From an uncultured virus (IMG/VR IMGVR_UViG_3300012352_000670) (Duplodnaviria > Heunggongvirae > Uroviricota > Caudoviricetes), in the IMG/VR virus record IMGVR_UViG_3300012352_000670: 64,000 nt of DNA; one strand, written 5' to 3'. Shown in pieces: positions 8,954 to 17,520 of the stretch (its first letter is position 1; the number at the start of each line of letters is the position of its first letter). The notes under the pieces were generated by a model. It worked only from the letters and a program-made list of their open reading frames with translations. It did not search any database and had not been told where the DNA came from. The translations under genes were made by a program, and so were the position numbers.

Positions 8954-11219
8954 CTGAGTCTCCATCTGATTTAGATTTGTTTGATGATCGGTAACCCTCG
9001 ATAGGGCTCCAGTCTCCCAGATCCATACCTAGCAAATAGTCTACTACCTTCTGAGCTTCAGAAGAGGCCTTCATAACCATATCAGGGTTGTCCTGTAGTG
9101 CCTGTAGCCAGCTCTTTACATAGGCCGCGGTGTTGTCAAAGTCACTGTTTACGCCGAACATGCTAGCTAGGATCGCTGAAGAAATTTCCGCGATAAGCTC
9201 TTCTTCGCCTCGAGCTGCATTGCTTGTTCCATAGTTCTTAGTTAGCTCGGTGCGGTCAAGGCGGTCCTTGTGTCCGGTCGAGTGAGCTAACTCATGAGCA
9301 ATAGTGTCAAACATGTCTTCTGGGCTGTTGAACTGTTCCTTGGTTGGAAGAGTAATGACGTCAGAAGCCGGGTTCCAGTTCGGAGAAGACGAGTGGCTTC
9401 CGTACGCACCAACATAGGTGTATGAGACCTGAGGAGCCTTCAGACCCTTTGCTTCCATTGACTTCTGATAGCGTTCCAGAATGAAATCCTGAGACTCTAG
9501 AGGAGTTTTTGGTTCGCCCGCTTCGGCCTTAACCGTTGGCAGGTTTAGGCCATCAATCTGTTCGACGTTGAATACAGTCTTTACGCCGAAGGTGACATAG
9601 CTACCAGTTACGGTCTCTTCGCCAGTAGAAGAATCCTTCTCTTTCTTGACCCTCTTGTAAGGAACAAGAATTTGAACACCCTTAGAGCCTTTACGAACTT
9701 GACCACCTAGTTCGGTAGCTTGGTTGTAGGTCATCCAACGAGGATCTGAGTAGCCAGCAAGCTCTTGGTGTAGTCGAAGAACGATAGAGTTAATGCCGCT
9801 GTAGATGTGCTTTGACGCTGGGTTACGTGGAACGAATGCACCAGCATAGTTAGCATCATCCTTGAATGGCTTACGCCAAGGAGCTTTACCTTCTTTAATC
9901 TTTTCCAGTAGGCCAGATAGAACTCGCTCTTTGGCGTCCTTGCTGTCTGACACTGAATTGGCACGGTTGAAAGGCTTCTTACCTGGGGCTTGCTCAAGGC
10001 CTACTAGAGGAGCATCAACTGAATCAGGATTAGTGTCTGGGTTCAGGCTCGAGTCTTCTGGAGTAGTAGATGCCATTCTTGCTGACTGTAGGGTCGGAGC
10101 AACCTTAGTCTTTAGTGGGTTCCACTGAGGAAGAACGTCATTACCCAGCAGGTAGTCCGCAGCCAGCTGAGCACGAGTCATGGCGTCAGTCACGGCCTTG
10201 TCGGCATTCACGCCGTCTAGGTTCTTGATGTGGGTGAGTAGATAGCTAATCGAGTTGTCTGGATCAGAATTTAGCCCGAACATCTTTGCTAGAAGCATGG
10301 AGCCTAACTCAGCGGTTAGCTCTTCTTCTGCGTAGGCATTACTGTTCCCCTCCAGTGCCTTCTTAACTTCTTCTCGGTTAAGTCGGTTAGTTCTACCAGT
10401 GCTGTGAATAAGCTCGTGAGCAAATGCATTGAACCACGACTCGTCGCTGTCAAAGTTTGCGCGGAGTGGTAGTCGTACGCTATCAACGTCTCTACCGTAA
10501 TTTGGTGACCAGCGAGGATTTTGATCTTTATCTAGCTGAATACCGAAGATCTCTGGAGTTTTTACATCTCGGAGAGTTGCAGCTTCGCGCATCCTGTCGA
10601 GAACAATATCTACAGCTTCCTTTGCAGTATATGACTTGTTGTCGTCAGCGTTGTATGGAGCGATTCCTTGAATCTGGTCACCGTTAAAAACAGTAACTTT
10701 TCTGAACTCAAAGTATTCAACAACCTTGCCATCGCGGTTAGCGACATAGAAGCTAGGTACGAGAATCTGAGTACCCTTAGTTCCGGCTGGAATCGAGCCA
10801 CCCGCCTGAGCAACCTGAGAGGCGCTCATCCAACGAGGGTCGCTGAATCCGTTTTCCGAGGCCGCATTTTCTAGCGCAAGCAAGTTAGGGCCCGTGTAGT
10901 GGGTGTCACTTGCAGGGTTAACTGGGAGAGGTCGATTAGCGTCCCTATCCCATTTGCGCGCCCAAGCTTGGATACTCTTAGGGGTACGTAGCTTCTCTAA
11001 TACATCAGCAAGAACGCTAGATGCCGCGGACTTGTTGGTCTCGGTTACAGAAGCAAGCTTCTCGTCAAACTGCTCCGAGGTAAGCTCGAGCGGATTAGTT
11101 TTAGATCCTGGTTCACCTTCAGGCACTGCAGGGCGAACAGAATTAGTAGTCGCAGGCTTAGTGCGGTACTTATCAAGGATGCTAGAGATTCTTGCTAAAT
11201 CTGGAGCGTCCTGATCCAA
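8946..11219 (-). CDS. Polyvalent protein with tandem ArdC-N (DUF1738-like ssDNA-binding) + zincin MPTase units; probably the -1 frameshift extension of the upstream ORF
   Basis: Two copies of P.NPAS..HY.G.N...DPRWM....Q....GG, each followed by HELxHSTG..RL.R and EEL.AE. TTG start with weak SD. Confidence 0.85.
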   Translation of the reverse strand: MDQDAPDLARISSILDKYRTKPATTNSVRPAVPEGEPGSKTNPLELTSEQFDEKLASVTETNKSAASSVLADVLEKLRTPKSIQAWARKWDRDANRPLPVNPASDTHYTGPNLLALENAASENGFSDPRWMSASQVAQAGGSIPAGTKGTQILVPSFYVANRDGKVVEYFEFRKVTVFNGDQIQGIAPYNADDNKSYTAKEAVDIVLDRMREAATLRDVKTPEIFGIQLDKDQNPRWSPNYGRDVDSVRLPLRANFDSDESWFNAFAHELIHSTGRTNRLNREEVKKALEGNSNAYAEEELTAELGSMLLAKMFGLNSDPDNSISYLLTHIKNLDGVNADKAVTDAMTRAQLAADYLLGNDVLPQWNPLKTKVAPTLQSARMASTTPEDSSLNPDTNPDSVDAPLVGLEQAPGKKPFNRANSVSDSKDAKERVLSGLLEKIKEGKAPWRKPFKDDANYAGAFVPRNPASKHIYSGINSIVLRLHQELAGYSDPRWMTYNQATELGGQVRKGSKGVQILVPYKRVKKEKDSSTGEETVTGSYVTFGVKTVFNVEQIDGLNLPTVKAEAGEPKTPLESQDFILERYQKSMEAKGLKAPQVSYTYVGAYGSHSSSPNWNPASDVITLPTKEQFNSPEDMFDTIAHELAHSTGHKDRLDRTELTKNYGTSNAARGEEELIAEISSAILASMFGVNSDFDNTAAYVKSWLQALQDNPDMVMKASSEAQKVVDYLLGMDLGDWSPIEGYRSSNKSKSDGDSDE

Positions 11220-11228
11220 TCCAGGCTC

Positions 11229-11258
11229 AGCCCCCTCTTCGGGGGCTAGGCTTTTGGG
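11229..11258 (-). other. Candidate programmed -1 ribosomal frameshift signal
   Basis: C_CCA_AAA slippery heptamer (11258-11252), then hairpin AGCCCCC-GAAGA-GGGGGCT. The -1 frame is open into ORF 8946..11219. Confidence 0.7.
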
Positions 11259-14200
11259 GAGGTGCCGCCATTAAGCTGTTCTACCCTGTCGGCGTAGTCT
11301 TCCAGCTTATTAGCGATCTGATCTCCTTGGTTTCGACGAGTAGTACGGAACCATGCTGCAGCTGAACGAATCTTTTCAACTAGGACAGCTGGATCGTCAC
11401 CGTACTCTTTAATCAAATCTTCTAGAGACTCCTGCGAGCCATCATTGAGCAGGCGAGCCTCTAGAGGAGGAAGATACTTGTTCTCATCTGCCATACTCGC
11501 GCCAACCCAGTCGGCAGCGTCATACTTAGAGTCGAAGTCTTCGCCGTAGCTCTCCGAGTCTTGACCAGGAGAAGTCATGCGAGCTTCCCACTTGTCGGTC
11601 TCCTCGTTGAAACGTACTGAACCTTCCCAGCCGCCTCCGCGAACATCGCCAACAATACCGCCATCATCATCGTTTAGTCGGTCAGCGATCTCATCTGCGT
11701 CTGAAGGGTAGTAGTAAGAAATTAGATCTTCAATTTCATCAAAAACCTTACCAAATTCAAAGGTACTTCCCATGTCGTCCGGGTTGCGCTTAGCTGCTTC
11801 GATAGGCCCCATATCGGACTCGATCTTGGCGAGCAAGTCGTCAGCTGACTTCTTCAGGCGAGCCTCTAGTGCCTTGCCTTCTTCTGATTCAGGGCGCATC
11901 GCTTTGTATGCATCCATCAACTCGGAGTAAAGGTAGTAGGCATCATCAATATCGTTCGGGTCAAGGCCCTCTACAAATTCTTTACTTAAGAACGCGTAGC
12001 CTTTTTCATCGCTGTTCTCGGTATCCTCGGCCAACGAAACCAACTCTGGCTTCATCTGCTCCCAAGATGTTCCGTACTGCTTTCCAGCGTTCTGATCAAA
12101 ACCCTTATCACCAGACTCTAGCTTAGAAATAGCATTGTCTAGGTCAACGTTGTAGTCACCAAAACGGCCATCTTCACGTAGACGCTTCAAAGCATCAACA
12201 TCACCACTCTGAACTAGGCTGTCAATGTACTTCTCCATACCGCCAGCAACATTGTCCATATCCTTCAACATGCTGATGATAGATGAAACGTCGCCCTTTG
12301 AGCGGTTTTCTAGGTCCTTAAGAATTTCCTCACGGTCAGCGTCAGACAGACCCTTAGCGTAAACGTCACGCTTTACAGAGTCAATCATCTTCTGAGAAGG
12401 CTTGCCGTACTGGCCTAGGTTTTCCTTGTCACCCAGTTCGCGAAGCTTGCCAATAAATGCACCAGCCTGAGCCTTGGTCAGGTTCTTAGATTCCAAAGCT
12501 TCGGTGATTGCCTGAGCCGTGTCAGCGTCAACGCCGTTCTTGCTTTCGAAGAGACCCTGTAGATAGCTGTACTGAGCATCAGTGGCTGGTTCCATCATCT
12601 TTGGGGACAGAGTCTTGGTTTCTCCAGGTGCCTGATCAAAACCAGCACCAGAGTTGCGCCAGTCTTCGTAGATCTCATCGTAGAGCTTGTCGCGATCATC
12701 GATGGTCGCTGCAAAGTCTTCCGCTGCTTTACGTGCTTCTTCTTCAGAATCGTAAGTCTCGGTTTTTTCGTAGCTGTGTTCGATGTTCTCGTCTAGCAAG
12801 AACTGAGACGCAGACTTCGTTACCTTGAACTTGTCGCCGTCTTTCTCTACAACAACTTCCGCACCGTCACCGAAGTACTCTGAGCTGCCGTCTGGGTTAG
12901 TTGTTAGACGGTTACCCGCTGACTGATCAAGACCATCTTCTCCATTAGAATCAAAGATAGCGTCTCGGTCACGCTTTTCATCGCGGTTTGACTGTGCATT
13001 CCATGCCTCTAGAACATCGTTATAGGCTTCATTGAAATTACCATCTTCCCAGAGATAGTCGTACTCACGGCGTCGAGCTGCCCACTTGAACTGGTCTAGC
13101 CCTTCCTCGATCTTGTTTCGCGCTTGTTCAGCCTCGAACTCGGTAAGTTCTCCGTCCGCTTCCTTCTGGTCAATCTCTTCAAAGTCACGCTCGTGATCAT
13201 TCCAAGCACGCTTGATTGCATCCTCGATGCGCTCCTTGATGTCATCATCAGCGTCAACGGCAGAGTCTGGCATACTCCAGTCTGGAGTTCTTCCAGGAGC
13301 TTGGTCAAAACCTTCGGTCTGCTGGCGGTCCGGGCGACGACGTAGCTTGGCAGTAAGCTTTTCGATTGAATCACGGTCTAGACCAGTTTCAAGCTGAGCG
13401 AGGATATCGTTCATCTCGTCAGGAGTTAATTCCTTAGTAGATAGGTAGCCCTGAAGTGAGTTGATCTGGCGCTCGGTTGGCTTGCTTGGGTCAACGCCAG
13501 GCTTGAAAGGCTTCTTGGTTACCTCTCCAAGAATTGATGCCATCTGAGCCTTAGTCAGGTTGCGGTTGTCCAGTGCATCTTGAATGGCTTTTTCGGTTAC
13601 AGGCGAGATGCCGTCACGCTCTGAGCGTAGCTCTTCTAGGAAAGCATACTGCTTGTCAGTCGCTGGCTCCATCTGCTTTTCAGATAGTGGCTTAGCTGGT
13701 GCCTCTGCATTCTGGTCAAGGCCAGCGGCTGGCTCAAGTTCATCAAGCTTCTTGTCTAGGTGTGCGTTGACACCGTCGCGGATTTCGGAAGCAATGTCGG
13801 TCTCATCGTGGTTTGGTCCTGCAACACCAGTAGCGATTTCATCGCCATCTTCGTTGTAGACGCCCCAGTTGCGGTAACCGTCTTCGTCCTCGTCGCCGAC
13901 CCACATGCTGTCGTCGCTCTCACCGTTGAAGATCTTGTTTGCTAGGTCATCTACCTTCTTAAGTAGGCCCTCTTTATCAACAGCGTCACGCGCCTGCTCC
14001 TGAGCGGCGTCTGCCTGCTCTTTTTCCCACTTAGCGCGGGCACGCTTTTCTACCTGCTCTGGCGAGTTATAGAAGTCTTCGCGAGCCTTACGATCGGCCT
14101 CGCGCTTGGCCTTCTTTTCTTCTGCATAGTTAGGGTTTTCTAGACCGTTTTCCGACATAGCAGCAACGCGGTCAAGGAAGTCAGGCCAAGACTCTCGTCC

Positions 14201-16321
14201 GTCTCGAACTAGAGAATCAACGAGCTTACCATCAACAGAGATTTCCATCTCGTCCCAAGGGATGTAGCCCTTCTCGTCATCAAACCAAGAGCCATCGCGG
14301 TACTTAGCCTCTACGCGACCGTCTGGAGATGTGTAAGTTTCCTCTCCTCCGGTAAAGTTGCCGTCTGCATCTTGTTCGAGGAAGAACTTGTGGTCGCCTA
14401 GGTCCTTGGCAATCTTCTTACCAGCGGCGCTTAGTTTTGGTGCTTCACCCGGGGCTTGGTCAAAGCCAGGGTCGTCCATGTAGCTTTCGTTTAGTAGCTG
14501 AGAAAGCTTGTCCTCATCGTTAAGGGTCTCGGCGAATTTCTCTGCATCAGCTAGAGCTTCCTCTTTCGTCTTGAACCTAGAGGTGGTGAAGTAAGAACCT
14601 TCACGGTTTTCGTCAATTAGATCGCGAGCTTCTTTTTCGACCTTGTAGCCGATGAACTTGCCACTCTTGTCAAATTCTGGAGCTACTTCTACGTAGCCCT
14701 TGTCGGTACTAAAGTCGTGTGTTCTGCCATCTTCAGTCTTGACTAGGTTGCTCGGGTTAAACCAAGATTCTTGCTTGAAAAGCTTGTCTAGGCCGTCAGC
14801 AATATCTCCTTCTTCGAGGTCACGCTGGGTAGCACGGTATGAACCAATCGGCTGACCGTCGTATTCAACAGAAATGCCAGAAAGGTCGGTGGCTCCGAAG
14901 CCGACATCGCCTTCACCGTCTGGTTCCCAAGTTAGCTTTAGCTTGCCGTCAGGAGAAGTATAGGTGGCTTCGCCGTCTTTGTACTGGCTCCAGTTCTGAG
15001 GATCAGATAGGTGATCCCAGTCAACTGCACTGTCAAACCAGTCCTTACCTTCTCCAGCGTTCTGGTCTAGGCCTGGCTCTTCTGGAGTGCCATCGCCCTC
15101 TCCATTAAGAGCATCGTAGGTCATGGCGATCTTGTTCAGACCCGCCCAGTTCTGGCCAACACCGAGAATCTTGCCGTCTTTGTCGCGAATTTCGAATAGC
15201 GGGACGTTAGGGTCAATCGCATTGCTTTCGCCAGCGCCTTCAACCATGTAGTCACCATCTGGCTGAGCGTCAACTGCCTTAACAGTCTGACCAGACTTAG
15301 AAGTGAAAGAACCATCCTCGTTCTTGGTCCAACCCTCTGGAGCGTCGGTGCGAGTCTTCAGGAAGTCCTCTAGTGGAATTGCAGAGGCGATATCAGCCTT
15401 GGTTGGGTTTTCAATAGACTTGTTAGCCTTTAGGCCCTTTACCTTAGAAAGAATTCGCTTAGAAAGAATTGCTTTAACTGGCGCAGTCTTAGCCGCGTCA
15501 ATTGTGTAGATGCCGTCAGGAATCTCTGGGCTATCTTTGATTTCGATTTGGAAGTTGTTAGTTCCGGCTGGTGCGCCAACAATACGGCCATCTTCCGAGA
15601 AGATGCTTCCGTCTTTACGACTAAAGAATCCGCGTAGGCGTCCAAACTCTTCTGCGAATCGACCATCGCGGTGACGACGACGAACCGCTGCCAAAGCCTT
15701 TGCCATTGCAGAGCGCATAGCGAAGCTCATCTTGAAAGCGGCAGTGATAGGAAGAACTACATCTTCTGGAACGTAGCCCGCTGCAACCAAGGCACCAAGC
15801 TTCGCGCTAGCGTAATCTGCCTCTACGGACCCAGGCTTAGTTGCATATGCGCTATATACGTCTAGACGTGCTTGCTCTGAAGCAATACGTGGGTCTCCAG
15901 CCACCCAGAGAGCGGTAACCTGAGACAGAGCAGAAGCCGTCATGGCTACGCGGTTGGTGCGTGAAGGGTGCCCTAGAGGAAGGAAGTCGGTGTATTCGCC
16001 AAGGCCAGAGGCGAGGATACCGTTGTGTGAGTAGTTAAGAACGTTGTCAACAGCATTAGCTGCGAATAGCATCCACTCGCTCGGGTCAGCATCTAGGTTG
16101 AAGTGGATTGCTGTCTCAATGATGTTCTCGATAGACGTCTCTGGCACCTGACGAGCAGAAGCAACTAACGCGTTCTGAGTCTTCGCGTAGTCTACGATCG
16201 CTAGGCGAGATAGGTACTCGGCATCCTCGGTCGTGTAGTCGCTATCAGCGTAGAAGTTTTCGATCTTGCTGATGAGATTAGTGAATGCTGAGCTCACTTT
16301 AGGCCTTCCTGAGCAGGGCAA
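11246..16321 (-). CDS. Giant acidic modular (polyvalent-like, putative internal virion) protein
   Basis: 1691 aa in the head module; seven G[LF]DQ linkers and internally duplicated modules (EPATDxQY...LTKAQ; TYTSPDG; EEA..AE.FA.T..D.DKL). Start codon uncertain. Confidence 0.7.
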   Translation of the reverse strand: MPCSGRPKVSSAFTNLISKIENFYADSDYTTEDAEYLSRLAIVDYAKTQNALVASARQVPETSIENIIETAIHFNLDADPSEWMLFAANAVDNVLNYSHNGILASGLGEYTDFLPLGHPSRTNRVAMTASALSQVTALWVAGDPRIASEQARLDVYSAYATKPGSVEADYASAKLGALVAAGYVPEDVVLPITAAFKMSFAMRSAMAKALAAVRRRHRDGRFAEEFGRLRGFFSRKDGSIFSEDGRIVGAPAGTNNFQIEIKDSPEIPDGIYTIDAAKTAPVKAILSKRILSKVKGLKANKSIENPTKADIASAIPLEDFLKTRTDAPEGWTKNEDGSFTSKSGQTVKAVDAQPDGDYMVEGAGESNAIDPNVPLFEIRDKDGKILGVGQNWAGLNKIAMTYDALNGEGDGTPEEPGLDQNAGEGKDWFDSAVDWDHLSDPQNWSQYKDGEATYTSPDGKLKLTWEPDGEGDVGFGATDLSGISVEYDGQPIGSYRATQRDLEEGDIADGLDKLFKQESWFNPSNLVKTEDGRTHDFSTDKGYVEVAPEFDKSGKFIGYKVEKEARDLIDENREGSYFTTSRFKTKEEALADAEKFAETLNDEDKLSQLLNESYMDDPGFDQAPGEAPKLSAAGKKIAKDLGDHKFFLEQDADGNFTGGEETYTSPDGRVEAKYRDGSWFDDEKGYIPWDEMEISVDGKLVDSLVRDGRESWPDFLDRVAAMSENGLENPNYAEEKKAKREADRKAREDFYNSPEQVEKRARAKWEKEQADAAQEQARDAVDKEGLLKKVDDLANKIFNGESDDSMWVGDEDEDGYRNWGVYNEDGDEIATGVAGPNHDETDIASEIRDGVNAHLDKKLDELEPAAGLDQNAEAPAKPLSEKQMEPATDKQYAFLEELRSERDGISPVTEKAIQDALDNRNLTKAQMASILGEVTKKPFKPGVDPSKPTERQINSLQGYLSTKELTPDEMNDILAQLETGLDRDSIEKLTAKLRRRPDRQQTEGFDQAPGRTPDWSMPDSAVDADDDIKERIEDAIKRAWNDHERDFEEIDQKEADGELTEFEAEQARNKIEEGLDQFKWAARRREYDYLWEDGNFNEAYNDVLEAWNAQSNRDEKRDRDAIFDSNGEDGLDQSAGNRLTTNPDGSSEYFGDGAEVVVEKDGDKFKVTKSASQFLLDENIEHSYEKTETYDSEEEARKAAEDFAATIDDRDKLYDEIYEDWRNSGAGFDQAPGETKTLSPKMMEPATDAQYSYLQGLFESKNGVDADTAQAITEALESKNLTKAQAGAFIGKLRELGDKENLGQYGKPSQKMIDSVKRDVYAKGLSDADREEILKDLENRSKGDVSSIISMLKDMDNVAGGMEKYIDSLVQSGDVDALKRLREDGRFGDYNVDLDNAISKLESGDKGFDQNAGKQYGTSWEQMKPELVSLAEDTENSDEKGYAFLSKEFVEGLDPNDIDDAYYLYSELMDAYKAMRPESEEGKALEARLKKSADDLLAKIESDMGPIEAAKRNPDDMGSTFEFGKVFDEIEDLISYYYPSDADEIADRLNDDDGGIVGDVRGGGWEGSVRFNEETDKWEARMTSPGQDSESYGEDFDSKYDAADWVGASMADENKYLPPLEARLLNDGSQESLEDLIKEYGDDPAVLVEKIRSAAAWFRTTRRNQGDQIANKLEDYADRVEQLNGGTSPKA

Positions 16322-16369
16322 TAATTGCTTAAGCTATGATACTAGAATTTTACCGTATTACCGGACAAT

Positions 16370-17065
16370 TTATTTTCTAGTTGACTTCGGATGTGCTTTT
16401 GGAAGCAGGTCGTTGTCTGTGGTGTATTTTGAATTTTTAGGTGAACCAGAGCGCAGTAAGTGCAAATATGCATTTACACGAGCCATAGCCCATGAGTTAC
16501 GATTCTGATCTGGTCGGTGCGAAGTCGAGAATGCACCAGCACCACGGCGATACACAGCCTTGAGAGTACCCATGGTAGCTTTTCTGCCATCTGGTGCTTT
16601 CTTGTTGTGTGTTTCCATTTTGTTCTTTAGTGCTGTAACAATGGCTTCAGTAAAATCAACTGACTTGCCATCAGAGGCCGATCCTTTTTTGTTCTTGTCC
16701 GAGCCCTTGATTCGGTCTTTCTTTGGGGCTGGCTTAGATCCGGCAGTAGCAGTGACAGCGCCATCTGGCAGAACTGCAAAACGGCAAAGTCCGCCGTCTT
16801 CTACTTCTGCAACAATGATTGAACATCCGTTAGGTGCATTGAAGAAAACGCAGTTGCCACACTTGACGCCAATGGCCGCGTTTTCCTCGTTCTCTGATGC
16901 AGGGGTATAGCCTGCCCAGATTCCGGTGTTGTCATCGTTGAACTTGCCATACTTATTGGCAATAAGCTGCAGTGCGTTAGCTAGCTCTTGCTCCTCGGGG
17001 ACCAAGTTATATCCGCCAGCAGTTACAGAATCGTCTTTATTGAATACGTCACCAACGTAAGACAT
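16370..17065 (-). CDS. Head-module protein with HiPIP-like 4-Cys motif and basic C-terminal domain
   Basis: KCGNCVFF...GC...GLC motif; AVYRRGAGAF...WAMARVNAY. Start moved to 17065 (TAATG overlap with dps). Confidence 0.55.
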   Translation of the reverse strand: MSYVGDVFNKDDSVTAGGYNLVPEEQELANALQLIANKYGKFNDDNTGIWAGYTPASENEENAAIGVKCGNCVFFNAPNGCSIIVAEVEDGGLCRFAVLPDGAVTATAGSKPAPKKDRIKGSDKNKKGSASDGKSVDFTEAIVTALKNKMETHNKKAPDGRKATMGTLKAVYRRGAGAFSTSHRPDQNRNSWAMARVNAYLHLLRSGSPKNSKYTTDNDLLPKAHPKSTRK

Positions 17066-17520
17066 TACTGAACCCCTAAAGTTGATTTCAATTGCCACTG
17101 CCACTTCTTGTGCATGTCAATACGCCCAGCTAGGAAGTCAGCAATACCTTGCTCGTTACATGCGTCAGCCATACCGAAAGCCTGTTCATAGCAAAGAATG
17201 ACTCCCTGATTCACGCGAGCCAGAGACTCAACCATGAGGACCGGATCTCCGAGCTCCCTGTCCTGACGGGTAACACAAGTCAGCTCAACGAAGTCGGTGA
17301 TCAAGTAGGGGGCATCGTAACCTAGCTTGCGGATGTTTTCAGCTAGCGGGTCAATCGCACCGTCAATGTCAGCGTAGATCTCTGCAAAGAACTCGTGAAA
17401 CTGAGAAAAGTTAAGGCCCTTCACATTCCAGTGATATCCCTGAGCTAAGAACCCAAGCGTAGTGACATCAGCTAGCAGATGCGCAAGCTGTTCGGCTAGT
17501 CCGTCTTTTTCTTGGATCAT
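17065..17520 (-). CDS. dps: Dps / DNA starvation-protection ferritin-like protein
   Basis: HWNVKGLNFSQFHEFF..IY...D.LAE.IR.LG and HKKWQWQL signature motifs. Confidence 0.9.
   Translation of the reverse strand: MIQEKDGLAEQLAHLLADVTTLGFLAQGYHWNVKGLNFSQFHEFFAEIYADIDGAIDPLAENIRKLGYDAPYLITDFVELTCVTRQDRELGDPVLMVESLARVNQGVILCYEQAFGMADACNEQGIADFLAGRIDMHKKWQWQLKSTLGVQ

Noticed and set aside
11229..11247. Hairpin as a Rho-independent terminator
   Set aside because: No U-tract, overlaps the stop codon and follows a slippery heptamer, so a frameshift stimulator fits better.
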